DNA of 64,000 nt from Lama glama (GCA_028534125.1 JAPYYK010000045.1:186001-250000), one strand, 5' to 3'. Counted from the first letter of the stretch, positions 13,791 through 27,690 are shown. A program made the numbers and translations. The notes: generated by a model from the letters alone, not told the origin.

Positions 13791-15969
13791 TGAGTGCTGC
13801 ATGAGAAACGGGCTTTCTGAGGTTCTGTGCGAGCAGGGGCTCAACATAGAGGAAGTGCGGGCACAGAGCCCACCGTCCTGCAGTGTCACCACCACAGGCT
13901 TCTGAGAAAGCCCTGCCTGCCTCGTCCTCTTCTCATTGTGCTCTGCTGCCTGTGGCCTCTGGAGCTGGACACACTGGGCCTTGTCACAGGCCTTGGGGGT
14001 GAGTCTGCAGAGAGAATCATGGAGCTGACAGCAGGCCCCTAGTGACGAGGGTACAAGGTGGAGCCTGACAGCCTCCATTCAAGGTTAGTCTTGAGAAAAG
14101 GGCTGGAAAATAAGGTCTTGGAGAAAAGGCATCACTGCCCACAGGTTTGTTGAGTGAGTGGAACTACCACATGGGGCACCAGAAGGGGCCTTTGGCATCA
14201 TCTCATCCTGTCTCTGATTCTGGTGATGGGGAAGTTGGGCTCAGAGAGGGAGAGTGCCTTGCCCAGTGTCCCACAGCATGTGGGCATCAGAGATGAGGCT
14301 GCACCTGCCCTGTGGACCCTCAGCCCCGCGCCCTCCCCACTCTCCCCAGTAGCACCAAGTGGTTATTTTGCATCTCTCCTAAAATCAGAGCATGAAGTGA
14401 AGGGCCTTGATTGCAGTGAGAGGACGTGAGGTCATCAGATCTGACATGCCGAGGTTGCAGATGAGGACACTGAGGCCCAAGAGGATGAAAGGGTTGGCAT
14501 AAGGTTGCCCAGAGCCAGAGCCTTGCACGCCAGGCCAGGGCTGTGCCCGAGGTTCCAGCTGCCGCCCTGCTTCTCGGGCCGGACCGGCCACACAGCAGCA
14601 GCACGGCCACAATGCGGGTATGCGGACCCGATGGGAGAAGGGACAGAAGGGCAGAGGTGTTACTTCCAAGACCCAGATTTTCTCTCTGGCTCTGTCATTT
14701 GGCCTGTCTCTGCCGGCCCCTGCCTGGAGCTGTTCTGTGTCAGCCTGCCTCGCTCAGCGAGAGAGGAGACCATAGCCAGCCCTCTGGCCTCAGTCCCATC
14801 GGTGACAGGGACGCTGAGTGGAAGAAAGCTGATACTTGCCCAGTGGCAAAGGAAGGGAGATAGTCCGATCTGGGATGAGAATGAGGGGAGTGACTCTGAG
14901 GAGGGAGGGCACCCCGCTGTGTATGGGAGAACTCCCCCGGCCCCCCAGCCTAACCCCCGGTGCATTTCCCTACTGTCTGGGGCTGGCATCGCCCCAGCTC
15001 CCAGCTCACTGGAGAAGGGGACTTCTGTGGGGAGGCCTCAGAGCAGGCTTACCTCCTTATCTACCGCGAGCCCGGGGAGGACGTGGAAGAGTCCTTGCCA
15101 GGTCAGGGGAGGCTGTGAATGACTTTTTCTTGCCTTTGTTCTGTTATCTGTCCATTTTCCTTCTCTGCATCCTGGACTTGGGGGGTGGGCAGGGCGAGAG
15201 CCCACAGCCTCTCAGCTGAAATGCAGCTCGAACCTGCGGCAGCTGCTGGCTGCTTTAATGGCTTCTGTGGTAGCAGTGTCCTGACGATTTGACAAAGGGA
15301 GCTTTGGGAGCAGGGGCCTCTTCGGCACTGGGGCGGCAGGACTGGCGGGCGGCAGAGGAAGGATTTCTTGGCGCAGGCATCACACCTCTGGGTGAGTCTG
15401 CCAGGTGGGGGACTGTGGGTGGGTCCACCGAGCCCGGCCTCCAGGGAGCACATTCAATGTTACCTGCCCCAGAGAGGCCCCGGTGTAATTCTTGGAGGTC
15501 AGGGCAGCTGCCACAGACAGACCCTGGTCCCCTGGCCCACAACTGCTCACAGGGCTGGCCCTTCCTGGAGACCAGACAGCCACGGTGGACAGCCACCGTG
15601 GACCTGGGGCAGCTGGGCCATTGACTGAGGGGGTGGTCCTGACCTGGCCCCCGCCCAGCCAGCCCTGTGGCAACGATCAGCCACCTGGCAGGAGGGTGTC
15701 TCAGAGCCGCTGCTCTCAGGGGTGGTTGGGGCTGCCGGCCCTGGGCCTCCCTTCAGCCTGCTTCCCACTGCTTGGCCAGGCTGGGACTTGAGGGCAGCCT
15801 GAAGCCTGTGCCCCACGGCCCCCACACATGCCCCTGGGGGAGAGCACAGCCCAGCTCCCTGCCCCGTCGTGAGTGGACTCCCCGAGTCTTCCTGGGCCCT
15901 GGCCCATCGCTGGTGGGACCTGGGTGTGTGCTCCTCGCACCTCATCAGGGCTCAGCACTGCAGCCCAGG

Positions 15970-16110
15970 GGTTAGGAGCGCAATGCCAGGGCCAGGTGCC
16001 TGCAGGGTTTTGGATAAGAAACACTTGGCACCTCGGTTTCCTCACCTTTAAAATGGAAGTAAAATGGTTTGTACGCCATGGGGTTGATATGAGGGTTTAC
16101 TGTAGTGATA
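15970..16110 (+). mobile_element. MIR
   Basis: CCTCGGTTTCCTCACCTTTAAAATGG core. Confidence 0.65.
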
Positions 16111-17582
16111 TTTTTAGGAAGCTTTAAAAATACAAAGAGCTATAAAAATTGAGCTGTTGATAGGGAGTTTCATAAACCTGAAAGAGGCACTTTGTAGGTA
16201 AAGAAACAGCACAGGAGCCGGGAGGGGGGATGGCAAGGATGTGACTGAGTTTGATCAGAACAACTGGAACCCAGTGATTGCAGTGTAAAGCCCTTGCTCC
16301 CCCCACCCAGCTGTCCCCGCAAACTGTGTCTGGACGGAGGCGTCTCACCTGCCTGACGGTCTGCAATGCCGGCCTCCTCCCGCCTCGGCTCTGGTGCGGA
16401 GGCTTCTGGGCCGAGGCTCTGGCCTGTTGAGCTTTCTGCAAACAGCTCCAAACCCAGTGGGCCGCTCCCCTGACAAACGCAGCTGGGTTCTGGGTGGCTC
16501 TGGGCTGAGTCCGCCCTCCCCCAGCATCTCCTCTTTCTCTCTCGGCCTGGAAGCTGGAGGTGGGATGGCAGGCAGTCCTGTGTCTCCGAGCACGCCCTAC
16601 AGGGGGCAGGAGTGTGTCCGGACGTGGCCCATGGTCACACAGGCAGACAGTGGGAGGGTGGGGGCCATCTCCTTCTATCTGGGACACCCGGCTGGTGGCC
16701 CTGGGATGGGACAGGCGCCCTTCCTCCTACCCCGCAGCCGGGCTGTCTGCAGGGCCCTGAGGCGGGAGGGGGCGCCGCTCTCACACACACCACCTTTCCT
16801 TGCCAGGGGAGACCAGACCTGACTGACCGAACTCATGTCCCCTCCCTCGGCTCCGCCTTCCTGGCGGGAGGCGGCACCCGCCGGGCCTGCTGGTGGCATG
16901 GGTCTGATGATTAGGTCGAGGGCCCCTGCGGGGGGACAGGAGTGACCAGCCCAGATGCCCCAGCCACCTGGCCAGGGGTGCCTGCTGCCCCAGGGCCCTC
17001 TGGCCAGTTGTGTGGGGTGAGTGACAGGTCTGGAGGGGGAGGCCGCTTTACTTCAGTTACTCAGGGCCTCTGAGCCCTCCTCAAAGTCCCTTCCCAAATA
17101 TCATTTTACCAAGAGCCTCGGAGATGAGCTGCTTTGTCAAGGTCGACCCCAAGGTCACTCCGAGGTGAGCACATGCTGAGTCTGCTGCGCTTCATCCGCC
17201 CACCCCCCCAGGTTCCTGAGGACAGTGCTGGGGTTCTCGGCCTGGTGCCTGTCTCCTGTGACCTTGGCCCTGACCTCAGACCCCTCAGGAGTTCGGAGGA
17301 CTGAGGCGAGACCCTGGGAGAGCTTCCTGAGTGGCTTAGCAGGAGATGAGACGGAGGCTGCTCCCAAGATACTTGGGAGCTTGGCTGGACCCGGTCTCTG
17401 GAGAAGCGTCAGGAAATGGCCTCAGACTTGGAGTTAATGGCACAGAGTCCAGAGTTCGGCCCCGCAGCCTCCTGGCCGACCTGAGGGCCGCGGCTGGGTC
17501 TTGGGACCATCGCCCTGCTCTCAAGACTGTGGTCGAAGCTCCTTGCTCTACAGGGGCATATGGTATATAGATCTGTTACTTA

Positions 17583-18093
17583 AGCAGCTTTCCTGAGAGA
17601 TCATCTACGTGCCGTACGGTTCAGGTGCGTCAAGGGGTTCGGGGTCTTTAGTATGCTCAGAGTACAACCACTGCCTTGTCTCAATGAGAACATTTTTTTG
17701 GACCCCAAAAAAGAAAAATGAAGCAGCGGTCACTCCCTGTCCTTCCTTTCCGCGAGCTCTAACCAGCGGATAACCTGCCTTCCGAGCCGTCAGTCTCTCT
17801 TCTAGGCATTTCCTGTAAGTAGACCCGGACAGTATGTGGCCTTCTGTGATTGGCTTCTTCCACTTACGTAGTATTTTCAAGGCCCACCCTCTGTCGGTCG
17901 TGTGTCTGCACTTCATTCCTTCCCGGGGCTGAGTGACAGTCGCACGGGGCAGACCACAGCTCGCTGATCCATCCGGCGGTTAACCGGTCGACTTGTGAAT
18001 GTGGCGCTGTGAGCATTCACGTGCGCGCTTTTCAGAAAAAAACCTGTGTGTTTGCTTCTCTTGGCTACATACCTAGGAGTGGGATTGCTGGCT
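17583..18093 (-). mobile_element. Old L1 (L1M-type) 3' end fragment
   Basis: TATGTGGCCTTCTGTGATTGGCTTCTTCCACTT and TACATACCTAGGAGTGGGATTGCTGG are typical antisense L1 3' motifs. Confidence 0.8.
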
Positions 18094-18422
18094 CAGGTGG
18101 TCCTCTGCGTCCACGGGTTCTCCCCTGCATCTGAGGATTCAACTGCCTGTAGACTGAAAATGTCTGAAAAAATTCCAGAAAGTTCTGCAAAGCGAAACTT
18201 GAATTTGCCTCATGCTGGCAACTGTTACCTAGCACTCACCTTGCGTTTGCAGCTGTTTACATGGTGAGCCGCTGTGTGATCTAGACTGACTTCGAGTTTA
18301 CGGGAGGATGGCCGTGGTCGTATGCAGACACTGCACAGTTTCTGGAAGGGACGTGAGCGTCCTCGGGTTTTGGTATCTGAGGGGTCCTGGAACCAGGGCT
18401 CCACAAACACTGCGGACGACTG
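18094..18422 (-). mobile_element. MER2-family (TcMar-Tigger) non-autonomous DNA transposon
   Basis: Ends CAGGTGGTCC...GGACGACTG (degenerate TIRs); internal AATTCCAGAAAGTTCTGCAAAGCGAAACTTGAATTTGCC and GGTTTTGGTATCTGAGGGGTCCTGGAACCA match the recalled MER2/MER2B consensus. Confidence 0.8.
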
Positions 18423-18469
18423 CACCATGTTTGAGCTGGCTTTTCTCGGCCTGTTCTGAGCACTCTAGG

Positions 18470-18620
18470 TGGGTTTGCTGTTAAGAATCACAGTGCCTGT
18501 GAGGTAGGTGCTGTTATTCCCGTTTTGTGGAACGAGTAAGCTGAGGCTCAGAGGCATCAAATCACTTGCCCAGGAGCTGGCCTGGAGAGCCAGGACTTGA
18601 ACCCCACCGTGCTGGCCTGA
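18470..18620 (-). mobile_element. MIR
   Basis: CCTGTGAGGTAGGTGCTGTTATTCCCGTTTT...CTGAGGCTCAGAG...ACTTGCCCA. Confidence 0.75.
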
Positions 18621-19994
18621 GTGCAGTGCCGAGTGGGGTGTTCCCAGCCCACCATAGGTACTCGAGAAACGTCTGTTGCCTCCTGAGGACGTGAGAGACC
18701 CCTGCATTCTGTGTCCCCATGTGTGATTTTAGGGGCCTCTGTGTTCCCCCAGAATTGAAGGCCCCCCGTGTGGCGCTTGAGAGGCAGAGAGGACCTTCGA
18801 CCCAGTCAGGACATGGGGAGCCCCAGGGATCCCAGCCCTTCTCTGGGCTTTGCTTCCTGTTGCTCAGGGAGGGACCTCCTTCTGGCTCGTACTCCCTGGA
18901 GGGGGCACCCAGGGCCCCAGCAGTGCTGCCCCTGCTCGCTGTGCCGACCAACGAGGGAGGGGGCTGAGTGGGGTGGGGTGGGAGGCGGAAGTGCCACACA
19001 GACCCCCCCGCCCCCCCCCCCCACTCAGAGCCCTGGCTGTGGGCTGAGACTTCCTTGGTAGAAGCCAGGAAAGACCCAGGTCACTCTGCTCTGCACCCTT
19101 CCTTGGTCTCCCTGCTCCTAGCCCTGCTCCCTCAGCCAGCCACCTGCTGGCTTCTGACACGTGGCCCCATGTGCTGGTGGGAGAGCGGGGAGCACGCAGT
19201 CGGTGCCCTGCAGGCCTGTCTGGCGACGCGGAGCATGGCCGCTGCAGCCACTGTGCACCTTCGTCTGCAGGCAGCGTGTCTGCGTCCGGTGCCTCTCCCA
19301 GGTCCCCCTTCCTGGGATCCGCCGGTCAGTGCTACCCCTGCACGCTTGCTGCACTGAGCATGTCACCCACAGGACAGAGCGCCTCGCTCGTGGGTGGGCC
19401 AGTGGCTCCTGCACTTTCCAGAGGAGGAAGTCCAGGGTAGGGACGCGTACCCTGGATGGATAGGAGGGGGTTCTGAGGGCCCAGGGGAGCTCAGGGGGTG
19501 TCACTGGCTATTCTTCCAGGTGGGGTCGTGTCCCTCTGTCTCACCTCCCCGTCCCCTGCCTGTGGCCACCCTCAGTCTGGTCGTCAGAAAACAGCTCCCC
19601 GCTGCCCCAGCAAGGCGGGCGATGTGACGGCCGTGCAGCCTTCCTCCCCGGGGGTTCAGTCGCCCCGTTCCTGCCCGTGTATGAAGAGCTGGAGTTGCAG
19701 TCCCCAGCTGCCCCTTCTCCTGCACATATCACTGTTTTTAAGCTCTGGGCTCAACAAGCTGCCTGCTGCCCTGCCACGTCCCCAGCACCCACCTTGTCTC
19801 TGGTGGCCTCCTTCCCACCTGCCAGCACCGCCTGCTGTCCCTCTGCTGGGCCTCTTGGGTTGCCACCTGGACCCAGACTCAGCTCACTGACCCCCAGCCA
19901 GCAGCGCGCCCCCACTCACGGGACGTGGGCCCCTCTGGACTCCAGCCCTCAGGGACTGCCCCCTCCTCACATCCCCTCATCCTACCCTGACCTC

Positions 19995-20792
19995 TGTCAG
20001 AAATCCAGACGTAAGAAAGTTTAAAGGACCAAATCGACAGACAGTGTTTCATAAGAGTTTATTGGGCGGCTGAGGGCAGTCTGTGAACTGGGAGCTCACA
20101 GGGCGCCGCCCCAGGATGGGTTATCGAGAGCCAAGAGGAGCAGTTCACCCTTCGTGAAGGCTGATCGTCGCCATGAGGGTCATGTGAAGTTTTTGGCTTC
20201 CTGGTGTGAATAAGGTATGCTGACACCAGGCTGCAGCCTGTTCAGTGTGCAGTACCTCTGAAGAAACATACCTTAATTTAAAAATGCTATTTGCTGGAAA
20301 ATGCCGGAACAGTCGCAGTAACATCAGAGACCACTGATCACAGACCGCCACAGCAAAGACAGCGAAGCATGTGATGCAGTGTGTACGTGCGCATTAGGCA
20401 CTGTATGTGTGTACAGCGCACGTGCAACACAATGCGATGATGAAAGCTGAACTACTGTGAGAATTACCAAAACGTGACACGGAGACACGAAGTGAGGAGA
20501 TGCTGTTGGAGAAAGGTCGCCGAGAGGCTCGCTCGACACGGTTGCCGCCAACCTTGCGTCTGTAGGACGCACGGAGCCTGCGGAGTGCGGTAGGGCGAGC
20601 TGTGCCTGTCTCCTGCTGCGTCTGCGAAGATGGCTTACGCTCCCTTTGTGATCCTCAGAAGCATTCACAAAAAGCAACCTAAGTCTTGCTTTGTTCGTGA
20701 AATGAGCTAGATTTAATATTTATGTGGCTTAAACGGTTTTGTCTGCTCGGGGAATTCTCAGTCCGGTCTCTCTTTTGTGTTAAATTTGAACA
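19995..20792 (-). mobile_element. Probable solo ERV LTR split by a Tigger insertion
   Basis: TG...CA termini, near-match 4-bp flanks (CCTC/CCCC), TTTATT poly(A) signal on -; AT-richer than its surroundings. Confidence 0.45.
20140..20608 (+). mobile_element. Internally deleted Tigger1 derivative
   Basis: ACATACCTTAATTTAAAAAT (Tigger1 5' part) is joined to CACTGATCACAGA...TGTGAGAATTACCAAAACGTGACACGGAGACACGAAGTGAG...TGCCTG (Tigger1 3' end). Confidence 0.8.
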
Positions 20793-22649
20793 CCCCCAGG
20801 CCATTCCTGCAGGAATAGTGATGTTACAAAGAAAACGGCTGTGCCCCCACCAACAGGTCCGGTGGACAGGCTGCCCTGGGGGCTGGATGGAGACATCGGG
20901 GATTCAGAGACTTGCAGGGCCGTACGGGGCCTGAAGTTCACCTAGGCCAGCGTGTGTCCCTCTCCAAGTCCTGCCTGCGACACCCCTGCCGGTGGTCTGG
21001 CCTCGGCTCGAGTAGCCCCGACGACGGGGCACTCGTTACTGCACAAAACCGGCATCCCGCCAGGACCTTTGCCCTGAGTCTGTGAGATCAGGCGTCTGCC
21101 TCCAGCCCTCGCCGCTCCGCTGGGGAGAAGCAGAGGTGGCCAGGCTGCCCCGTGAGGAGCCGCAGCTGTGTCTGGGTCGAGTCCAGAGCCGGGGCCAGTC
21201 CGGGTCCGGGCAGTGTGGTGGGACCCTCCTTCCCTGTGACTTGGCTCGAAGAGCAGAGGGAGGTGCTGTTAGGAGAGACCGAGTTAGGCGCCCGGAGTGC
21301 GCGTGACAGAAAGTTGGAGGCATGGAAGCGGCCTGGCTCCGCGCGTGGCCACGGCAAACGCCGCTTCCCAGTTCCCAGTTCCAGGGAGAGGTCTGACGGG
21401 CGCCTGCCCAGGAGTCTGGTGCCACTGTGGTTCAGCCCACCCTGGTGGCCCCATCCGGGGCTCCTGCTGGCTTGGAAGAGCCCTGGACAGGGAGCCGGCC
21501 CCACTCCCCTACTCTGGGACCTCTCAGGGCTCTCGTGTCCCCGGCTGCTGCGGGTGTGCTGTGTGTGGACCCTTGCAGGTGACCTGGGGGCTGAGCTCTG
21601 CAGGGGGACAGCCGTGTGGGGCGGGTGCCCCACCCCTGGGTCAGAGTCACCAGCAGCAACACGGAGGGGATGGTCCTCTGCCCACCGCCTGCCCCCTCCT
21701 CTGGCTGGGCAGAGAGGCTGCAGCCCCATGGTCTCTACTCCCCACCAGGCCAGGGCCCTTCTTGTGCTGGGCAGTGGTGGGTGTGCAGCCATGCCTCAGC
21801 TCCGCGTGCCTAACCTGGCAGCCTCTTCTCCCTGCGCGCCCCAGCAGGTGGGGCCCCTGGAGCCAGGGGCGGCGTCCTGCTGTGCCCGCTGCGCCTCCCA
21901 CGGTGCGGGCTGTGGGCGGTCCAGGCTTGTTCTCTGCTCGTCACCGGGCTGCCCTGCCGGTCTGTCTCCTGCCTGGCGCTGATTCGCCCCTTCCAAGGTC
22001 TCCCCCAACACCGGCTAGTTGTCTCCTCCAGGAAGCTGCCCCCAGGTGGTGCTCCCGGCGAGGTCTTTGTGCCTGTGCCCCACGGTCCCTCAGCAGGAGA
22101 GCCTCTCCTGCTCGGCTGGACCACCTGAGCCGGGGACAGGGGGCACTCCCCACGGCACCTGGCTCCCGAGCTCAGTGGTGCTGCCTCCTGGGTTTGGAGC
22201 CACACGGGGCTCCAAGTAGGGAATTTCCCCTCACCCTCCCCTCCTCCAGCCCGTTGGCGCTCTGAGGACGCGTCTGCCCCTCCTGGTCTGACTGCCCACG
22301 TCTGCTCTGGCCCTCAGGTCAGGCAGGAGAAAGCCGGCTTCTTCAGGGAAGATGCTGTGTCCCCAGGACTCACACGACCCACTTCAGTTTCCAGAGACTG
22401 CTCGCTGCCAGGGGTGTTGGCGGCAGTGGCATCTCTGAAGGGCGAGTGGCACGTCTTCTCCCCAGGGCCCGCCTGGCAGTGGGAGGAAGGAGGGCGCTTG
22501 GAAACAGAGGCACAGACTGCTTGCTCCTCGCTGACCACCCCCCTCACTGAGGGCGGACTGGTCCCAGCTCTGGGCTCGGCCCCAGTGACACTTTGCCCCT
22601 GGAGGTTGCCGCTCTGTCCATCCCACAGGGAAGGGGAGCTGCATGCGAT

Positions 22650-22740
22650 GTGAGCGAGTGACTTCCACACCTGCTCAGCCTCAGTTTCCTCGTCTGTAAA
22701 GTGGGCACAACAGCACCTTCCTCATGGGGCTGAGTGTGGA
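22650..22740 (+). mobile_element. MIR
   Basis: GCCTCAGTTTCCTCGTCTGTAAAGTGGG. Confidence 0.7.
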
Positions 22741-23959
22741 GGGAGATGCCTTCACAGGACCCTCCCCTGCACCCATGCCCTTCCTCAGCCCAGGGTCCCC
22801 AGGACGTCCCCCACAATAAACCCGCTGGCTGGGGAAGCCCGGGCTGGGGGCCAGAGGTCAGGGTCCGAGCTCACAGGGAGGCCATGGCTCCTCCTGTGTG
22901 CACTGGAAGAATCCGTGTGCTGTGCATCCACCAGGGCCTGAGTCTGTTCGTCCCCTGGGAGCTGCTGGAAGCTGGGCTGAGTGTCCTTCATCTGCGGCCC
23001 CGCCACAGCAGGGGGCTTGCACAGGACCTGGAGGGAAGTGAGGGTGAGGAACAGGTGAGGGGGTTTTAAACAGTCGGATGTCCAGGGGTTACTCTCGAGG
23101 TTGGATGGGCGGACGCCTGCTGCCCTCAGTAATCAGGGAAGTGGTCTGCACGCCCTTCCTGACCTCAGGAGGTCTGATCTGCCCCGGACCCCAGGCCTCC
23201 CGTCCAGACCATGACTGCTCGGGCGCTGGGGTGCGTGAACATGGCCTCGATGGGTGTGCCTCCTGCTTCAGGGTCTCCCTCCTGCCCCCTGAAGGGGTGC
23301 TTGGTGGGCAGGATCATGGTTGCCAGAGGGGAGGGGGCAGCGCCCAGTGGACCCCACCTTCTCAGTGACCTGCTGCCCAGACCAGCAGCTGCACTGCTCC
23401 TGGGGGGCTTCGGGGCCACTGAGCTGAGCCGCTCACCGGCAGCTGTGACCCAGGCAGAGGTGACTGGTCTCTGAGAGGAGTGGGCAGAGTAGGGTGGGGA
23501 GGCAGGGCCTGGACGGGCTGGGCTGAGCCGTGGTCGGCATCTGTCGGCCTGGCTCTGGGTCATGAGATCTGACTGCATGCAGTCTGTGTGACCCAGGAGA
23601 ACCAAGGACAGGAGATGTGCTTGCACTGGGGACCTCTGCAGCCCATGCACGTGTGGCTGGCCCCCAGCCTGCCCTGGGGGACAGGCACTTGCCCTGCTGG
23701 TGCTCAGAGGCCAACTCGGGACAGGTCAGATTCAGGCATTTCCATCACTGCCCCCTACAAACCAGGCTGCTCACAGGGGTCACGGTTTCGGAGCCAAGGG
23801 GCAGAGCTGCTTTGTGGAGGGTCGGGAAAGGGTCCAGTCTCAGGCCACCTGGGGTGGCAGAGTCCCCCTCGTCCAAGGGACCCACCAGAGGTAACAGTGA
23901 TGCCCGGGGCAGCTGGCGGCCCAAGGCTGGCCCAGCTCCAGGCTTTGTGATTATGAGGT

Positions 23960-24002
23960 GACCCCTGGATCCCCCAGGACAAGGACCCCTGGATCCCCCA
24001 GA
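23960..24002. repeat. 24-bp tandem duplication GACCCCTGGATCCCCCAGGACAAG
   Basis: Direct repeat, ~1.8 copies. Confidence 0.85.
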
Positions 24003-27000
24003 CTCCGTCCCCAGGGCATCTCGCATTCCCATGGGTGGCAGGCACTGCAGGTGTGTTGCACACTCAGGGGTGGTGTCACACACTTGCCTTTCTGGTGCCC
24101 CTCCCTGGGTCCCTCAGGGTGGCCCTTGCCTGGCTCAGCTGGGCCTGAGATGCGGGGCTGGCCCTTCCCTCCTGCCGCTGACCCCCAGGCCCTGTACTGA
24201 TGGGCCTCCCTGGGCCTCCACCTCTGTGTGGCCACCTCCTGTCCCTCTTGTCCCTGTGAGCGCTGACCCTGCAGGGCCACCAGCTGGGCTGGGGTCCTGC
24301 TGTGTGTGGAGTGTGTAAGGGGGTCCTGACACAGAGGGGCCCCCTGCCGCCACTAATCTCCATTCGGGGCCCGGGGGCTGGAACCAGGGATCTGTGCCTC
24401 CAGCCGTCTGCTCAGAGACCCCAGGATACCTGTCACCCTGAAGCCCCCTCCTGCCTCCACATAGACGCACCGCACACACACCACACACATCACACACACT
24501 CTCACGCTCACATTAAAAGCCCTTGCTCTCGACCCAGACCCCTGCCCCTGGCCACTCCCTCTCTGGGGTTATGCTCAGCAGAGCTCATGTGTTCACAGCT
24601 GTAATGTTTAGTCAGGAAAAAGATTGCCTCAGTTTCTAATGGTTTTGCCCAAAAATGCAGCTGTGCGTCTTGGGGGAAGGGTGGCGGGGCTGGTGGTCTC
24701 TCACGTTCAGAGCAGTGTCCGCACTGGGAGTCACTGCTCCGCCTCAGGTCCCGTCCCACCAGAGCCTCCCGGCCGTGGAGCAGGTCTCGAGCGGACCTGG
24801 CAGACCAGTTGCGCCAACACTCACGGCACAAACTCAGGCCCTGGGCCCCCCGGCACGTCAGGGACTGAGCCCCAGGCCCAGCTGTACAGCCCGCTCTTCC
24901 CATAACCTGCGCTAGGTAGCCTGCGGCTGTGGTCCCCAGCGTCCCTCACCCCCTTGGCCGTCCATTTGGGTCTCTACCTGCCCACCCTGCTCCCCGACCC
25001 TGGGTCCTGGGGGTGCCTGTAGACTGGGAGATGTTGTGGGGTGCCAGGCAGGTGTTCGAGGTGAACTGGGAGAAGGGGGTGGGCTCCGCCGTCCTGGGTC
25101 AGGGCTGGCCCTGCTGGGATGCGGCAGGCTTGCTAGGGATGGAGGGGTCCGAGGGGCAGCTCAGTTACTGGTGTGTCCTTTGTCACTTCCCAAACAAGAG
25201 CTTTGGGCCACGTTGTCTGTGGGTTCCCTAAACCCTTGTCCCCAGAGTTTTATCTGTCTGTGATTTAGGAATCCCATGCCCAGGGTCTGGGTCCGAGGAG
25301 AACAGGTGCTCGGGGCTGCAGGGGCCCCAGCCTCGCCTGGAGCGCTCTCCTCTGACCCTCCTTGCTCCGGTGGACAGGACGGGATGTGGGGGCGGAGGCT
25401 TGAGGAGGCTGCGACGCTGGCCTTAGTCACACGGCGGTTAGGGGATAGAGGGGCTGCAGGACGGAGGCCTGGGGTTTGGGGACCTTACTCTGGATGCAGG
25501 GAAGGTGCACACACGTCATTGCAGCAGGAGAGACCAAAGTGAGACACTGGGGTGGACTTCCCAGGGGTCAGGGGCGGGTGGCCTCCAGGACTAGTCCCTT
25601 TGCTGCTATGTGGTGTGGGGAGATGGCCTCACTCCTGGGACAGGTGCCCACAAGGAACTTACAGAAATGAGCCATTTATTTTCAAAACGAGCTAGAAAAT
25701 TGATTCATTAAACTTTATCCTCTGCCTTCCAGGACCAGATGCTGGACTGGGCATGCAAAAAATAAAGACACAAATTTATCTTCACGGGTTGATCTCTGTT
25801 AGCCACCTGCTCCTGTGGGAGGCATCGTGCTGGCTACCCTGTTTGCTTCTCATAATTTCGGCAAAGATCCAGCATCCAGTTAGGTCTCCACTGTCTGCGT
25901 AGCCAAGGCCGGAGCGGGGCGATCTGCAGAGGCCCCCAGTACCCAGACCGTGGCTCCCTGGTTGGGGGGCAGTCGGTGGGCACGTGGAGGGCTGTGTGGG
26001 CACCTGGCTTCTGGCGGGGGTGGGGGGCGGGGGCTGGAGGCTGAGACCCTGCAGATTTAGGCTGAGTCTTCCTGCTGAGCCGTGGGGACTGGCTTGTCAC
26101 TGTCTGAGGGAAACCGGCCTCATCTCCGCAGGGGCAGTGCCAGACCTCCATCCAGCAGGACTCGGTGAGGACAGGTTCCATGGTTAGACCTGCGGGCTGG
26201 CCGTCCTCTCCTGCGGCCTTTGGTGAGGGCGAGGTGGAGGGCGTAGTCCAGGCCCGTGGGGCCTTGAGGCTCATTTTATTTCCAGCAACTGGCCTTGGAC
26301 TCTCCATCCTCTGGCCAGTCTTTCTTGGAGCCTCGTTTTGCAAAGTGCGGCCCTGACCACCTGCACCAGCATGGGCAGGCCCCCTTCCCGGACTCTGCGG
26401 GCTTTGAGGATGGACAGGCAGCCGTGCTGTTGTCTTAACAAGCACCCCGTCAGCTCTTGGCCCCACCTTGTATTTGCTCCCCAGGCCCTCCCTCACTCCC
26501 GCCTGCGACCCTGCTGCCTCTCGGTGCCGTCCACAATTCCCTGCTTGGACGGCTGTGACCCTAGTGAGGAGAACACTGCCCTGGGAACCCTGGTTTCTTC
26601 CTCATCCTCAGCCCTGCCAGTCGGCAGCTGCCCCAGACTGCAACCTGCGCCCCCAGGGAGGCTGGGCAGCTCTCAGCCCTTGAGGACTAGGCTTCTCCTC
26701 TGGCCGTTCCGGCCTCTGTCTCTGCTCAGACGCAGGAACTCCGCCCCTGGTGTGGGAAGGAACCCTGGAGACAGGAGGCAGCATGTGCTGTGCGGCCATG
26801 GACAGGTTGCTCCACCTCTCTGGGCCCCCTCTTCCTGCAGGAGTCTTGAGACCTGGTGTTGCATCTTTGGCATCTGTCTCCTTAGCTTCTAGTGGGAGAG
26901 GTGGCCTCTCCAGGGAGGGACTCTGAGGTTTGGCTTTTTGCCAGGGCACACGTGCTGTAGGAAGGTTCTTTGAGCTCACAGCAGCCACCACTGGGCAAGG

Positions 27001-27484
27001 TCTGACCATTTAGCTCCACGGAGGGCTGGCCTTGGAGGCACCTGGAGGCAGAGAGGCCTTGGGCTGCGCCTGTCTTCTCACGGTCTTAACTTCAGCTCCA
27101 GAAGAGACGCAGGCTGGGTGACGGTGGTCGAGCCACGTTGGAGGGAGAGTCAGCCTCGCAGATGGGGAGCTCGTCCCGGTGGTTGGGACGGGCATCGCCT
27201 CAGTCCCAGGGTCCACTCCAGGTCGAGGAAGCCAGGCCCCGTGTGCCATTAAAGGTCTAAGGTCCCCAAAGTCAGATGCCGCCCCTAAGTGGTGAGGGAC
27301 CTCGAGGCCTGCTGGCCCGGCCCACAAGGAGGCCGAGGAGGGTGGGGCAGCATGCACCCTCCCCGGGGGTCCTGCTCGCCCTGGGTGGGCCTAGAAGGAC
27401 ACTTCTTGTCCTCTGCGACCTGAGGGTCTGTCCTCCCCTCCATTTTCTCCTTCACACAAGCTGGACTGTGAGACACAGCCAGAG

Positions 27485-27690
27485 CGGGGTGGCAGAGTTT
27501 CAGTCTAAGGATCGGAGAGTAAATATTCAGGCTCTGCGGCCGCACAGCCGGGGCGGCAACTGCTCACCTCTGTGGCCGCATGAAAGCAGCCGGAGAGGAT
27601 GTGTGCTGGTGTGTGTGCTGTGTTCCAACAATGTTTATTCACCAAGTCGGAGGGTCTGGACTTGGTGAGTGGGTCACAGGTTACCACCTG
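27485..27690 (+). mobile_element. MER58A (hAT-Charlie) DNA transposon
   Basis: AGTAAATATTCAGGCTCTGCGG...GAAAGCAGCC...CTGTGTTCCAACAATGTTTATT follows the recalled MER58A consensus. Confidence 0.75.

Noticed and set aside
21152-22265. 276-aa and 322-aa overlapping ORFs in SYT2 intron 1
   Set aside because: Composition is typical of GC-rich non-coding DNA, with no domain and no exon structure.
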